Positions 23,192-37,037 of a DNA stretch of 64,000 bases are shown piece after piece. Source of the stretch: Lophium mytilinum. Its lineage: Eukaryota. The notes beneath the pieces are model-generated. The model saw only the letters and a program-made list of their open reading frames with translations. It had not been told where the DNA came from and did no database searches. The position numbers and the translations under genes are program-made. Within the stretch, counting starts at the first letter, position 1, and the number at the start of each line of letters is the position of its first letter. The stretch spans positions 372,001 through 436,000 of the forward strand of contig MU004197.1 of assembly GCA_010093605.1 (NCBI GenBank). Direction: 5' to 3'.

Positions 23192-26100
23192 GACGTTCGA
23201 CTGGAGACGAGTAGATGGACGGGTTGAGTGAATTGAAGAAGAGGAAGCTGCTCGTCAGACGTCTTCGGCTGTGACGCGAGGAGAGGACAAGGAGATCTTG
23301 CGAGATCTTGATGTGGGGTATGCAAAGAAAGAGGAAGCGTTGATCGTATGAGATGCTTGAGCGACAGCGCTGCGTTCAAGCTGTCGAGTGCGATGCTGTC
23401 GGAGAGTCTACACGCGAGGATTGGCTGACGAGCGCGCGGAGATCTGACAGATAGCGACGAAGAAGCGCTTTCAAGAGCTCAAAGACGGAGAGACAAGTCT
23501 GTTCAGAGGGTTAGCAGGTGTGATGCAAGCCGTGGATGTGATTGGATAGAACGCTTACCTGATGTGGACGCCGGCAGACCGCCACGACCAAGCAGACTTG
23601 GAGAGCTGGAGAGCGGACAGCGCGACGGCAACGTGAAGTGCTGTGCGAGCGAAAACCTAGCCCAAGGGAGAGATCGCTGGGAGGAGGTGCAGATGCAGGA
23701 CCCGCTGATCACAGAGAGGATGAAGCTGCAGACAGGATGTTGATGATCCGAGTGTGATGTAGGGTTGACGGAGGACGGAGGATCGTGAATTTAAAAAGGC
23801 GAGCTTCTGCACACGAGAGGAAGGCGCGTGATCGCGGCGGATTCGGAGCAGGCAGGCCGAAGGCGGTATGGCTGATAGAGGCAGGCAGACGAGGTTCAGC
23901 GCGGGCAGGCTCGCAGACTGTCTCTGGCGACCTGAGCAAGAAGCAGACCAGTGCAAGACGTCTTGACGCTGGCGCGGATTTTGCTGAAGCTGCAGGACCT
24001 GCAATTGGCGGTGTGGGCTGGCGATGTAGCCACAGACTGTGGAGGAAGTCGCTAGCGCAACGGGGCAGGCTTGCGGGCAAGTAGCGCTGTCAACTCGTGT
24101 CTCGAGGCGGACAACGTTTGGCAAGAAGTGCAGTGACTGAAGGAGCCTGTAGCAGGGCAAAGGAAGCTTTCTGACGATCTGGCTCGTGGAATGAGGGAGA
24201 TGTAGAAGGGATGGAGGAGGTGGTGGAGGAGTGAGAGGAGGGGGTTGATATCCGCGAAAGACGCCCTAAAGACGGCCAACTCGAACGTTTATCTGTACAC
24301 CGCACAGACTTCCACGCCGGCTGCCAGTATGATAAGAGCACAGCGGAAAGGGGCGGCTGTCCAAGATATCACGCTGGATACAGGGCTGCTGGAAGACGAG
24401 AGGACGCCCACCGCCTCCAAGGGTGAAGGTGGCCTTGATACGGAGCGGGCCGACAACAGCGCCAGCATCGCCGGCGTGGGCTCAACCGGAGTAAATCCTG
24501 TGATACAGCCTGCCTGAGGATAGGGCTTCCTCATCCAGCATCTACTACAATGGTTTGCAGAGATAGGTACGTCCAATAAGGAGCTGCGCTCGGCGCGTAC
24601 CCCGTCGTGGAAGTTGAGAGGAGGGGAACTGGCCCTAACAATTGACGCATTTCGGCCGACGCTGACAACAGCATAGGTCCAAGAGGATGTCCACGGGCGA
24701 TTGGGACACTCCCCACAAGAATCGCATACTCTCAAGGTCCAGCCAGCGTGGAGCATTTACTCGAGCCATCTTATGAGGACCCATAATTCCGACAGAGCTT
24801 CGGTACAACCCCATGGAAGGGGCCCATCAATGTCTTTCGCCTGACGCTCCAGCTCTGCAACGTAGAGCGGGAAGTTCTTGCACTCAATGAGCCAACGGAG
24901 CCATAGTAGTTGGGAGGGCGGCAAGCATTATGGAGGGGGCATCCAAGTCAACACCCATTGGCCTAAAGGGAAGCAGGTTAGATCCTATCTCGAAGCGTAT
25001 CTGGCATTTTGAAACGGTTGCATCCCATATTCCATGAGCTGATCTCGCGCGTGAATGATGCTTCGGTGTTGCTCTTGAATTGATATCGGACATGACCAAC
25101 GAAGAGGAAGCTTAGGAAGGAACTCTGAGCGATAAAGGCTAGCGTAGTTTATATACGCCTAAAGTCGTCTTCTACAAGCATTAGCATACACTTGTTGCTT
25201 TTGTGATGGTGGAATGGGGTCCCCGATACTCCCTGATCATGTGACCGTGACTACCATGTTCATATTTCGCCAAACGCGCGCCTCTTCCTCCTCTTTTACA
25301 GCAACAAACAGTGCACAGCACCGCACTACCTGCCACACAAATACACCTGTGAGTTTGCCCTGTGAATCCCTGGTACTGCCGCCATCCTCTTGAGGTCTTA
25401 CGTGCGATTGTCTTAGTTTATTCTTCAACCTTTGCGTCCACCTCCAGAAGTAGCATCTTATACGACTAACTCTTCCTTAACCACACATTCTAAAACATCA
25501 TTGCCGCTGCTGTCAGGCCTACACATCTTCAATCAACAACTTGGTAAGTTGGGTTTTGCGTTGCTAAACGTAACATTTGGCGTCCTCCGGCGTATCTTCC
25601 TGATCCTGGCTAATTACGAGGGGAGCAGCAATGGATTTCTGCCTGGTAGGAATCGACCTGGCAAATTCGCCTTCGATTTACTGATGGATGTATAGGTCTA
25701 CTTCGATGCTCAAGAATGGGAGCAAGCCAATGCTTCGGACGCTGGGTCGGATGGCTCTGGGATGCAGCCCCAAAGCGCCAAAGAGGCCGCCAGTGTGAAA
25801 AATGAAGATCTTCGATCTGGAACGGAGAAGGAGGATGGGAAGAAGGAAGGCGGAGACGACGGAGATGCTGGTGAGTCTTCCTATTCATTGTGTGGATCTG
25901 GTGAAGGAGAGATCGAATGTTTTGGGTGGATACCGCTGCTGGTGGTGCCTGAATGCTCGAGATCTGATTGCAGTTCGCTGGTGCTCATGGTCTCGAATTC
26001 CCTCCTGTATCTTTCTGACCGTCACAGATCCGCAATCGAAGTAATGCCGTGGACAATATGGAAGGGAGGATGATGCTGGAGGAGAGTTGAAGGGCATGGG

Positions 26101-28089
26101 CGGGTGTAAATGCAGTGAGAGAAGATGATGAGTTAAAACTTTGGCTCTTTTAGTTCTGTGGGGCAAGGACTCAGGGGTGAGGCGGCGTATTGAGTCGCTT
26201 AAGGGCGGAAAATAGTGAATCCTATCACTTGCTGGTTGTCTCACTTGTTGCTAATGTCAATATGTTGATGTAAAGTAGCCACGGAAGATATTATCTTCAA
26301 AAGGAAAGGAGGAGAGTCCAAAGGGAAGCAGGATCTTCCTTCCTGTAGTTTTGCCTGCCTTCTACGGAGTGGATAGCAGCTTCTGAGCCCCTGTACGGGC
26401 GGAAAGTGCCCTGGGGCCCTATACAAGTCATGGGAAGGATATACGAACCATAGAACATCTCCCTCATGCCCCTTGATAGTAAATAGAGACCGGCGGTTGA
26501 GAACAAACCCCCCTATGCCGTGTACATGATGTTGAAATAAGCGCTCTCGTCTGGGAACGCTTGGGACCGCCAGCGGTCAGGGGCATCCCACGCCAATTCT
26601 CCGCGGAAGGGGGCCCCCACCCTATTCCAACATCACCAAACCGCCTTGCACCAACCCTTCTTGCTCTCAAAGCCACCACGATGCCTTCGTCCTTCTCTTC
26701 CATGGCATGTTCGATGCCCTTGATGCATGGCTGGGCCCGGATAAGCGTCCTACAAGCCGGATGGGGGCTCTGCGTGGCTGCAGCCTCTCTGCCCGACGAC
26801 TCCCCGTCTGGACCTGCACAGCCCAGCAGACACCTCCGTTCTTGTATTAGCTTCTCTTCGAACCATCTTTGAGCCATGGGGTAGGGCCTACGTACCTCCT
26901 GTATGTGTTGCAGGCTGGCTGGGATGTCTTGGCGCCGGTCGGATGCTCGTGTTCGCCGCGGACGAGATCGTCGACACCCAACAAACTCCGTCACAGAGGC
27001 CCCGTACTAGACATCGACCACCTCGAGACTTCTTTGACAACCATTCAGAGACTCATGCGAGCCATTTGAAACCTCCTCTTTCCCGGGGGCGAACGCTTCG
27101 TGCACCCCTTCGGTCGGCGGCCCCAACCACAACCATTCCTCATCGAACGACAAAACCATCTCGAATAACATCCTCCCACACGGAAAGACGCATCGACGCC
27201 TTCAATTCTATACACTAGTTAGCAGGGCAGGGCAATGAGGGGGCTCATGGCTACCTTCCTATATATGACCCCCGGGCCTGCCTCGATGACACCCATCCGC
27301 CAAACACTCGAACCCTCACCCCAAAGGCTTCGTCGACGAAGGGAATAGGATCAGGAGATCCTGGGAGAATATCCCACGGATGTCTGGATTAGCTGTGGAT
27401 AAGTTCTCGGCCTATGGGGATCTGCCCTCTCCTAGGTCGATGCGGGACAGCAGCACCACAGACAACCGCCGAAGACTACAAGAGAGCCTCAGGAGACACG
27501 CCAGGGTGGGATCCGGAACAGCTAAGGTCAGTAAGAAGCAAACAAGAAGATGGGCGATGGTGCTTTGGGGGAATACTCGCTGCCTCAATCAAAATTCGGC
27601 ACCATTTGACACAAGCTACACCACAGCTACGATCAGCCGAAATAGCTGCCTCGATCACCTTCGTCCTTTCCCTCAATTCTTGAAATAATAGACGGGAGGT
27701 GCCATATTGTCGAGTCTTCGAGATGTCGGTCCTTCCGAACAGTAGTTGCTTCGTTCCCAATGACGCGTGGTTCATGGCCTACGATAAAACAATTTCGAGA
27801 GACTCAATGTTCTGATCGGCAGCGAAATACTGTCTACAGATATGCCATGGACCTAGTCCGAGGAACCTAGTCAGTACGCTTGGAATAGCATGTCGAGAGC
27901 GGGGATTTCGAACACGCTATTACCCGCCAAGGAATATCCAGAGATGCATCATGAGGACGTTGGCATCGAAGCTAAAATGGAGAGCAGCCGTCAGAACCAG
28001 AGAGCATCTTCGTTCTCTCTTCAAATGGCACGACTGTCGAGATACGGTCGGGCCTCTGGCTCAGGTTGATATGGCTACTTCTACTTGCC

Positions 28090-30435
28090 TAAGTGGGGTC
28101 CGGGTTTATCGAGGCATGATACTGATGCAGAGGATAACCGACACTTGCAAAGATTGATGTCAGATCATTTTCGCTTTCCGGTATTGTTCTTTCCAATCGT
28201 TTCCTTTCGGTGTTGAGAAATACGGTCTGCTGTCTTTTCAATTCCCAAAGAGATTCTTCGTCAATTCTCATTATTCCTAGCTCTTTCTGTTTCTTCGTGA
28301 TCTCGTGCAGGTTTTGGTATTCCTGCTTTCAGTCAGCCCTTTCATCTCAACGGACATTGAAACCTTATCATTTCTTTCAATCCGTGCTCCTGACCGGTGG
28401 ACTTGAGCCGCACGTGGAGCCTCTGTACCCTGGGATCTGGACCTGGATCTGGACTCTGGCCTTGCCGTGGAATGAAATCCGGACATGGAATGTATTGCAT
28501 GCCACTTGGAGTCATTGGGGTAACATGTGACTTCTGAACTGGCAGGAGACGTTGTGGGAGCTTGCATTGATCTGCCTGTGCTTCTTGTAAGTCAAAATTT
28601 GATACTCGGGATTGACTTTCCACTTACACTACTAGTCATCTTTTATCGAAGGATGCTCTTTGCGAGGTGTGGCCCAACCATACTTCTCGTCTACCTCGGG
28701 GGCATGAGGTCGTGATTGATGAATGGCAGCTTACCGTCCTTGAGCTACCGTCCATGGTCGTTCAAGACGTAAGCTCTCCATGCTTCTTTGTTCTCCCCGA
28801 GACTTTGTTCTCAACGGCCCTGCTCTTTCTGCAACCCTCCCATACGGATCTTTTTATCAACCATACTATGCTCGGCAAAGTTTGGTGCTCCATTCGACAG
28901 TCTTTCCGTCATCTGCGAATATGGCGCAAATTGACTAGAAGGATTCGCGATCGAGCGTGCGCTTTGGCGCGTATAGAGAGAAGGGGATTCAGCCGACTGG
29001 AAGTCATATTCGCCGTCCGGAAAGACTGAGAACATCTATCGTCAGCTCTATGATTAGGAATAGATTGAACCGCAACTTATCTCGCTACCGCTATTCGCCT
29101 CTGGTCCATGAAAGATTCGTTCTTTGTCGAAGCGGACGGTCGACTACTCTTTTGCGGGCGGACACATCGTCTTCATGCTCAGTTTCTGTTCTCCGGGGCC
29201 CGCTCACAGAAGTGTCAGCTCGATGATCTGTTTCTCAAAGCCTTGCCTAGAATTTCTCAGCTAAGAATCAGCTCTCGCTTCTGGGATTCCCGTCCACTGT
29301 TGGCGTTGGGTCATTGTCCCCTGAATATGGATGTCTGGCTTTGGTGTCTCGCCTCGTGGGTATTGCTCCTCCTGTTGGTGGTCGTCCGTCCCGCAAGGGG
29401 TAAGCAAGCCGCGCGCTCAAGGTGTCTTTCCCGCTTTCCCGCCGCTCAAGCCGATTTACTTCGTCGCTTGCCGTTGTCCGATGGTGTGAAGCTATCGTAA
29501 CGTGGAGACTGAAAATAGGAGATGTCGGAGCTCCGTGTCAAGCTGATTCCTTCGAAAAGCTGCGCGGCAGCATAGCGCTGGCTCATCGCTGCTGTTCCCT
29601 AATCTCCCTTGCAAAGCCTAGATATAGTGTTAGCAGCCAAGAATATGGTCTCCCCGCTATGGTCGCGATGAGATCGCTGCCCGATAGGCGAGGTATGGGA
29701 ATGAAGAGGGCCCACTAGCACGAAGTTGACCGCGCCTCCAAGGGAGCTCCTTGTCGGACATTATACAGCGCCGTGCTCTCCATGCCGCTCTTGGCTCCCC
29801 TCGCGGTCGGTTGTCGTCTGCGGTGGTGTCGGAACGTGTTCGACGGCAGAGGATGGCGGCGATAGGCGCGAAGCTGCGGGCTTGTTTCCATGCCTAGTAC
29901 GCAAATCTCGCCAGTCAGTCGGCTCTGAAGAGGAGCGCTCGTACATGCGCTTGCCTTCGTATGTATCCGTGAAGTCGTGGTGTTGCTGGCGGAGTGCCTG
30001 TCGGAGGTAGCTCTGGTGTTGTCTTCTTCTCCGGCCGCCCTGGCATCGCCCCAGCAAGGGGAGCGTTGGAAAATCATCTCCAGACGATTGCAGCACCTGT
30101 CCGAAACCCGGATCTATGCATCCGCAAGCCGTATCATTTTCGTTGTGGATGGTCGCCTTCGTGGTGTTGTGGATGAGGCCGCGAAGTCGCCGACCAGGGC
30201 TGATGGCGATCGACTCGACCGCGTCCGCCCGCGCACTCACGATGCCAAAAGAAGTCCCCAAGTTGAGCGACTTCAGGAGCAGCGAATAGCGCAAGCTAGA
30301 ATGCTCGTGAAACCCTCTCGCCGCTACGTCTTCCTCCGTTATGGGGTTATTCGGGCGTGGATAACGGCCCCTGAGCGCGCGGGGGAGCAGAAAGCAAACA
30401 CCATGGCATCGCTCCACCAGCTTCACTGCATGCAA
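28090..30435 (-). pseudogene. Possible decayed gene (fragmented minus-strand ORFs)
   Basis: Chain of short protein-like minus-strand ORFs (29761-30435, 28811-29035, 28277-28567, 28089-28271) broken by stops and frameshifts; no family recognised. Confidence 0.25.
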
Positions 30436-31446
30436 ACAAAGGAGACGCAGATGATGGCCTCGCCGCAGAGAATCAGCCCTCCCCTCTTTGAATCTGGGTA
30501 TGGCCTTGATGGAAATGCGGCGCCATATTTTGCCCCTTCATGAAACCCCTGAAGAGTTCATCATCACGGAATCTTCATGGACAATCTGAACTGCTTAACG
30601 TGTGCAACTATCTACTGGACTGAGCATGCATCTGCACCCTCCTGGGAGACATCAACTGTCCCCTTCAATTCCATATGCCCGGGAGGGGTTGGGACCGCGA
30701 GAGCACTACCAAAATGCCACCTCAAACCCCCTGATCTGGTCTCCATGCTGTCGACATCACGGCAGTGGCTGAATTGCACTGTCCGGCTTTAGCTCTATTG
30801 CAGGGGCTTGAAATCGTTGAGCAAAAGGCACCCCCTTGGCATAGTGTTCAGGCCAATAGGGGCCCCTCAACCCCTCGTCCCCTAGTCCAAACGACGGCAG
30901 CTACTCCCATCAAATCCGGTTTGTTGAGTCTGGACTCCACGATCCGGAGCGGAGTCTCCTGAGCCCGAGAATCGCATTCCGAAAGCGGTAATAGACCAAT
31001 GAAGAGGGGAGGCTATGGAGACTCCCCAGACGGCGGCATGCAGCAGCAGTAGCTTGAGCTCCTGCACTTCATTTAGACTGTATCCCATAGAAAGACACCG
31101 ATTTTCGTGCACTTTTAAAGCACCTGGGCTAGTCTTGCATTAGCGCATAGCCGGAGTCAGCGCTTGTAAGGGGCCCCCTACCAAACTGAGACCTCCGAAG
31201 TGCCGACGCCTAATGCACGATTGTGCACACCGCAACGATAAATCGTCGATATATTCCGTTTTTGAAGCTGTTGAGCGAGCTGTTGAGCTGCACGTTAAGC
31301 TACGTGTCGTGTAGGACGTCTGGAATTACGGTATATAGCCTCGGGGCTCGTAGGTAGCTGTGCATCATTAGAAAACTCCATACAGCCAATTTTACGTGCT
31401 GGTTCTTCATCTATTGTGCTTGTTAGCCGTAAATCTCTCTCTCATC

Positions 31447-34020
31447 ATGGCCAGAGTTCGAAAAGCACCTAAAAAGGCACCTAAAAAGGCACCTAAAAAG
31501 GCACCAAAAACACCAAAAAATGCACCAAAAGGAGGCCCTTCCTCTGCCGCGCCCGGTAGCTTTGTGTGGAGCTATGAGGCTACTCCGGCCGTACAATCTA
31601 CGCCTATTCCACTTACCTGGCAGCCGCCTATTGTTCCTGAGGATCACGTTTCCGCGCCGGATTTCCGTGTTGGAGGCCAGCCGCCGAGGCCCTCGGTGGC
31701 CGATGAGGAAGAGGAGGAAGAGGAGGAGGAGTATATGGCCCAGATGCATCGAGCCGACGAGTTTGCCTCTCTGCGTAGGCCTGATGAAGAGAAAGATGAT
31801 GCCGCCGAGCCGCGAGAGCCTCAACTCGTTGAGGACCTGCCTGCCGTGCCTACGAGCTGGATTCCTATGGCTCAAGTTGATGAAATTCCATCAAAAATCG
31901 TCACCAGCGCTCTGCCCGAGAGCCTCCTCACGGCTGCGCGCAAGGCCAAGGAAGTAGTATACTCTGAGGCCCGTTTGCCGCGCCATCCGAAGCAATTTGG
32001 GCCGCCCATGGCCCCGGAAGGATGGCGAGAGGATGAGGAAGCTCGTGGAGAGGGAGAAACGGCTGAGGATCTCAATGAGGTCAATTCTGGAGGTTGTAAA
32101 ACCGGATGGGACTTACCGTGGCGCATCTTTAGCCTGCTGTTTTCTCTTGAGCTCTTTGAGCATTGTACAAAGGCTACAAATGCGTACGCAGCGATGCAGC
32201 TACGTCAAAATCCGTTCAATTTGACTGGCCGATGGATAGGAAAGAGGAAAAAGGCCTGGAAAGAGGTCAGCGCCGCCGAGTTGATGATTTGGGTTGGAAT
32301 TATAGTCTATATTGGGGTTTTCCAGCCGCCGAGGATGGAGGATATATGGAATCTGAGCGATGAGCAGCCGGTGCATGCGATTGCTCGGTATATGAGCTGT
32401 AGTAGGTGGAAACAGATCAAAAGATATTTCCACATTCACTTGGTACGTTTTCGAAGGTGCAAGGCTCATGACGTCATCTCGCTAGGCAGCAGTGCCTAGG
32501 CGAGCTTCCTGTCGTTCTAACTGGCCGAGCTTAATTTAAGCTTATCTTCTGACCAATTGAAACCACAGGATCAATCTGCATCCGACGCCGCTAGCACCGC
32601 CGAGGAACAGCCGAGACGCGTGCATCTGTTCGAAAAGCTTCAATTCTTCGCATCAACGCTTCAAAACAACTTCCAACGCTATATTATACCCGGATCTATG
32701 GTCTCAATCGATGAGATGATGGTGCGCTTCACTGGCCGAAGCTCTCACACCATTAAGATACCCGGAAAACCCATTCCTGAGGGCTACAAGATCTTTTCTC
32801 TCTGTCAATATGGCTACTGCTACGCCTTCCAGTTCACCTCCGGATTTGACGGAGTATACGGCCTCTCTCAGCGCACTCAAGCCCTCAATTACACTCTCAA
32901 CGCCACCAGCGAGGCCGTGTTCGAGCTTTGTACATCACTGCCTATTCACCTGCGGCGCTTCATCCTCTACTGCGACAACTACTTCACCAATATCAATCTC
33001 TTCGGCGCCCTCAGGTCTATCGGAATCGCCGCCTGCGGCACCGCGAGGTCCAACTCCATGCACTATCCGGCTGAGCACAAGGCTGTAGATAAAGCAAAGT
33101 CACGGCTTCCTTTCAATCTATTCTCTGGAGTAGTTGTTCGAGCGCCCGGCGCTGAGGATGAGGTTCTATCAATCGTATGGCAAGACAAAAATCTCGTGAG
33201 ATTTCTAACTACTGCTCATAGCGCTCAATCATCCGACTACGACGAGGTTCTTCGCCGCCGCCCGCACGGTTATACGGCGCAATTGAAGAAGATAGTCGCC
33301 GAGATATGGGGTGATGATCCTATCAAATCTCTACGCCTTCCTCGGCTTTCAATTGACTACAACAATTGGATGGGGGGTGTTGATATTCACGATCAGCTGC
33401 GCAGCTATTACAACACCCAGATCACGAGCGCACGGATCTGGATGCCCCTATTCTTCTGGGCACTCGATGCAGCGATAATTAACGCCTATATTCTCTCCAA
33501 AATCATGTTCCAAACATCTAGGAGCACCTTTTTGACGGTGCACAGAAGATTCCGTATACGATTAGCATGGAATCTCGTTCGAATTGGCCACCAAATGATG
33601 CAGGAGGATGCACAGCGCCCAACAGGCCTCCAAACGATGTCCTCAAAAGTATACAAACCAGGTCAATTCCGGCCAAATCACGTGGGCCATAGCCGCATAG
33701 CCCTCCGGCCGTATATAACACGGAATACAGTCCTTCCAGATGCACGCCTGCACGGCCGTGGGCACGTGATCGGGAGGTTCCATGAGGACTCAAGCGTGCT
33801 GCCGGCCTGCCTATATTGTAGGTGGAAAGAGGCTACTACATCACCAGCCTCACGGAGGAGGACGCCGAGAACGCGATTCGGATGCAAGGCGTGCCTCGTT
33901 TCCCTCTGTAAGAAGTGCATGGAGCCCTACCACAAGCCTGTTGAGACGGAAAGGCTGCAGGAAATGGGAAGGCTGCAGCAGCCTGCCCATTTTGAGCCTA
34001 CTCCGGCCTCAACACCATGA
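31447..34020 (+). CDS. piggyBac-family (DDE_Tnp_1_7-type) transposase, ~815 aa; exons 31447-32442 and 32569-34020
   Basis: MSCSRWKQIKRYFH, VSIDEMMVRFTGR..KPIPEGYK, YCDNYFT, ACGTAR, YNNWMGGVDIHDQ, W.PLFFWALDAAIINAYIL and a C-terminal Cys-rich domain CLYC..CKAC..LCKKC..H. A phase-0 intron GTACGT..CTGAC..CAG (32443-32568) joins the two ORFs in frame. Confidence 0.93.
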
Positions 34021-34636
34021 AAAATGAGCTATATACGACTTTTTGAAGATTCTCAATGCATCGAGCATAACTTTGTGAGTAGCTATTGTTAGATTTGGTG
34101 GCAAACGCTAACAAACGAGAAATCCAGCCCCCTTGCACGGTGCTACGTCGCATCAGGCTTACGGCTTACGCGCACGAACCGACGCTAGCAGCTGTCTTTC
34201 TATGGGATGCTCCGTGGCGGTCTAAATTTGCACTCAAATCAGTCGGCGCTATTGGCTGCATTCTGGCCGTGCATACATTATCAGGGGCCCCTTGGCTCGT
34301 TCTGACGAGTCGATCTGCTTCGAGACTCGCAGATCGTGAACCAGACCGCCTAGCGGCATGCCAGAGGCTTATACTAAGATCTGCTGCTTGTCCAAGGGGT
34401 CATGTTATATGTTTGCTGTCTCCCTCTAAGGACATTCAGACACTGCCATCACGGAGCAATTGTAGTCACGCAGTGATAAGATCTCGATTGCAGCAAGAAA
34501 AGGACCTTTGTATTCCGCTCAGTCCGGGTATATTCGCCCACCCCTTTTACAACGCCAAAAGACCGCCGAAGCTCTTCCACCAGCAGTTGCTATGCCCGAA
34601 GGCCCACCCAACTCCCGCTGAATCTGCTCTCTCCTC

Positions 34637-35233
34637 CTAAAACTCCTCGTGTGTCTCCGAAAAGGCTGGCCAGGCCGTCTTCTCAGCCACACCGGGATCC
34701 TCCTCTGGGGCACTCTCCGCTACGGTATCAATTAGCCAAGAGTATTGAGAAGGAAGCGTGATTCACGTACCCTCTCGCCTCTCTCTCTTCTCTCGCTCCG
34801 GCCTCAGCAGCATCTCCTCCAGCTCCGCCGGGAACACCGATCTGAGGTGGTCGTGCGCGCGCTCTGCCACCACCTTAGGCACCTCCTTCCCCTCCCTGAC
34901 CAGGCGGCCCAGCTCCAGCAACGCCTCCCGCGGGGTGAGATTCCCACCCTCCTCCTCCTTCTCCGCGGCCGGGGGGTCGACTTCTCGCGGCAGCGAGCGG
35001 CCGATTGCCAGGGACGCGAAGAGCGCGCCGAAGCGCGACTCCTCCGTCTCCTGGTCTTGCACCCAGGTGGAGTGCAACAGCCAGCGCTTGATGGCAGGGT
35101 CTCTCTGCCGGCACCGACGCATTAGCAAAAGCAACAAATCGGGCTGATTTGGGTTGTTTACCTCCTGCCAGGCCTGGATGGCCGCGAGTCTCTCCTCGTC
35201 GGTCTTGGGGCGATCTAGGATCGCGCGCGACAT
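34637..35233 (-). CDS. Small orphan protein; predicted introns 35161-35105 and 34770-34720
   Basis: ATG at 35233 (MSRAILDRPK). Two introns with canonical signals (GTAAAC..GCTAAT..CAG; GTACGT..GCTAAT..TAG) keep the frame open. Confidence 0.55.
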
Positions 35234-37037
35234 GTTGTGGCTGTTGACGTTGTCTTTGTGTGTGTGAAGTGGATCTTGAGGATGTTTGTGGTTGTGCGGC
35301 TGTTGATTGTCAGGCTTAAGATTTGCGGGCGGCCGTTTGAGGCTTTGGAAAAGTCGGTCTTGGCACAGCTTCTCAGGCGGCAAGGCCGCAATCCACGCCG
35401 ATTCGCGCCCTTCACCCTGGAGGGCTGCGAGGGGTGTGAGAGTGTCAAGCCCAGTCTGACGGCGTCAAGCATGTATCCAGGAGGCTCACTCACCGTGCTA
35501 GAATGGGGTGTGGGCATGGAAACAGGCCGCGCGGGCATCATTTGAAGCTCAAGGGGAAAACGCGATGATATATGGCATGAGATTGAAGCTAGAGGCTCTG
35601 ATACTTGCTGCCACAACGAAGCTTGCGGAGGCACTCGAGGAGCTGAGCAGGGTGCCATACCTGATCTGATATTGGCTCAAAATTTCGTCCCATGGCGCTA
35701 AAGAGGCATTCTACCTGGATTTTGAGCCGGAATCTCGCCATGGCTGCATAATAGACCCAAGGTTACGCTATCTCGGTTGGGGCACTCTAATCAGACGCCA
35801 AAAGGTAGCATTTTGAGAGGCTGTTGGCGGTCTTGATCCGCCTCATGGCCTACCATTTTGAGATGTCATTTCCCAGCACCATGAAGTAGGACAAACTAAC
35901 ATATATTCTGATCATAGCAATAGCCAGTTTGAGGAACCCGGAATGAGAAGTCCAAGGGAAAAAGGTAATGACACAAGATAAGAGATCTTACCCTACCTCG
36001 CCCAGGAAGACTCTTTAGAAGAGTGTTGCCGATGATGAAAAGGAGCCTCGAACCGCATCTACCATTTGAAGTAACCTTGGAACGAGAAATTAGAGGCGAC
36101 AGGCTCCTTCCGAGGTCTTGCAATGCAGCTTCCTACAGCTCTGAAAATGCCCCTGAAAGATGTCGATGATGCAGAAGCTGCGCAAAAGGTAGGAAGGAGT
36201 GGCCTGACATCGACCCTTTCTTGTCCACGATCAAGCCACGCACAGTCTCGAATGTGATATTCAAGCGCATTCGGAATCCCGAAGATCTGTATAAACCTCC
36301 AGATTCAACTTTGCGGTGAATGGTGTCGAGCTTCAGGCGTTGTGTTGAGGTCAAGTAAGTCGAAGCATGGCGGGCGCCCCTGAAGATGCAGCAACATCAA
36401 ACTACCACCGCACACTTTCCAAAACTATGCTGCCGCTTTGCATTCAGCTCTGAAGACGAGTCTTGAGCTGCTTGGGGGCCAGCAGTCTGTTATTTCATGT
36501 AAAATTGGGGAGATATCAATCACTTCTCAACCTAAATCACTGCTCTCTATCAGGACATCCTTCACTCCTGCAGGTAGATACTTTCCGCTTTATTAGAAGA
36601 CTATGAGGAATATATTGACCGGGCCCTCAGGGGGGTGAATGTGAGATGCAAAAAGTCTCCTATCTTGAGTTGAGGACCCAATATCAACCCCTGGGCTCTT
36701 CAGAGCATCGTTTCCACCACCCTTTGCGTGCCACAACTGATCTACCCCGACTATGTAAAGTACCAAATTTTTGCTACTCGATGATAGGCTTCATCGCGCA
36801 CCGTGCCAAGCCTTTTCTGGTGTCAATTAGACTGTCCCATTTTCAGTGAGCCTTCTTCAACGTCACCTGCACTCGCTCACCACACCTTCAACCTCCACCC
36901 TTCATCACACCCTTCACACGCCCTTTGCATGACGCACTTCTCGCGCACCTCTCCATTGCCTTCGAGTCGATCCTGCTCTTCCGTCCTTCCTTCATCCTTT
37001 CTGCTTCTTTCTTCCGACTACTCAGCACCACGGCAGC

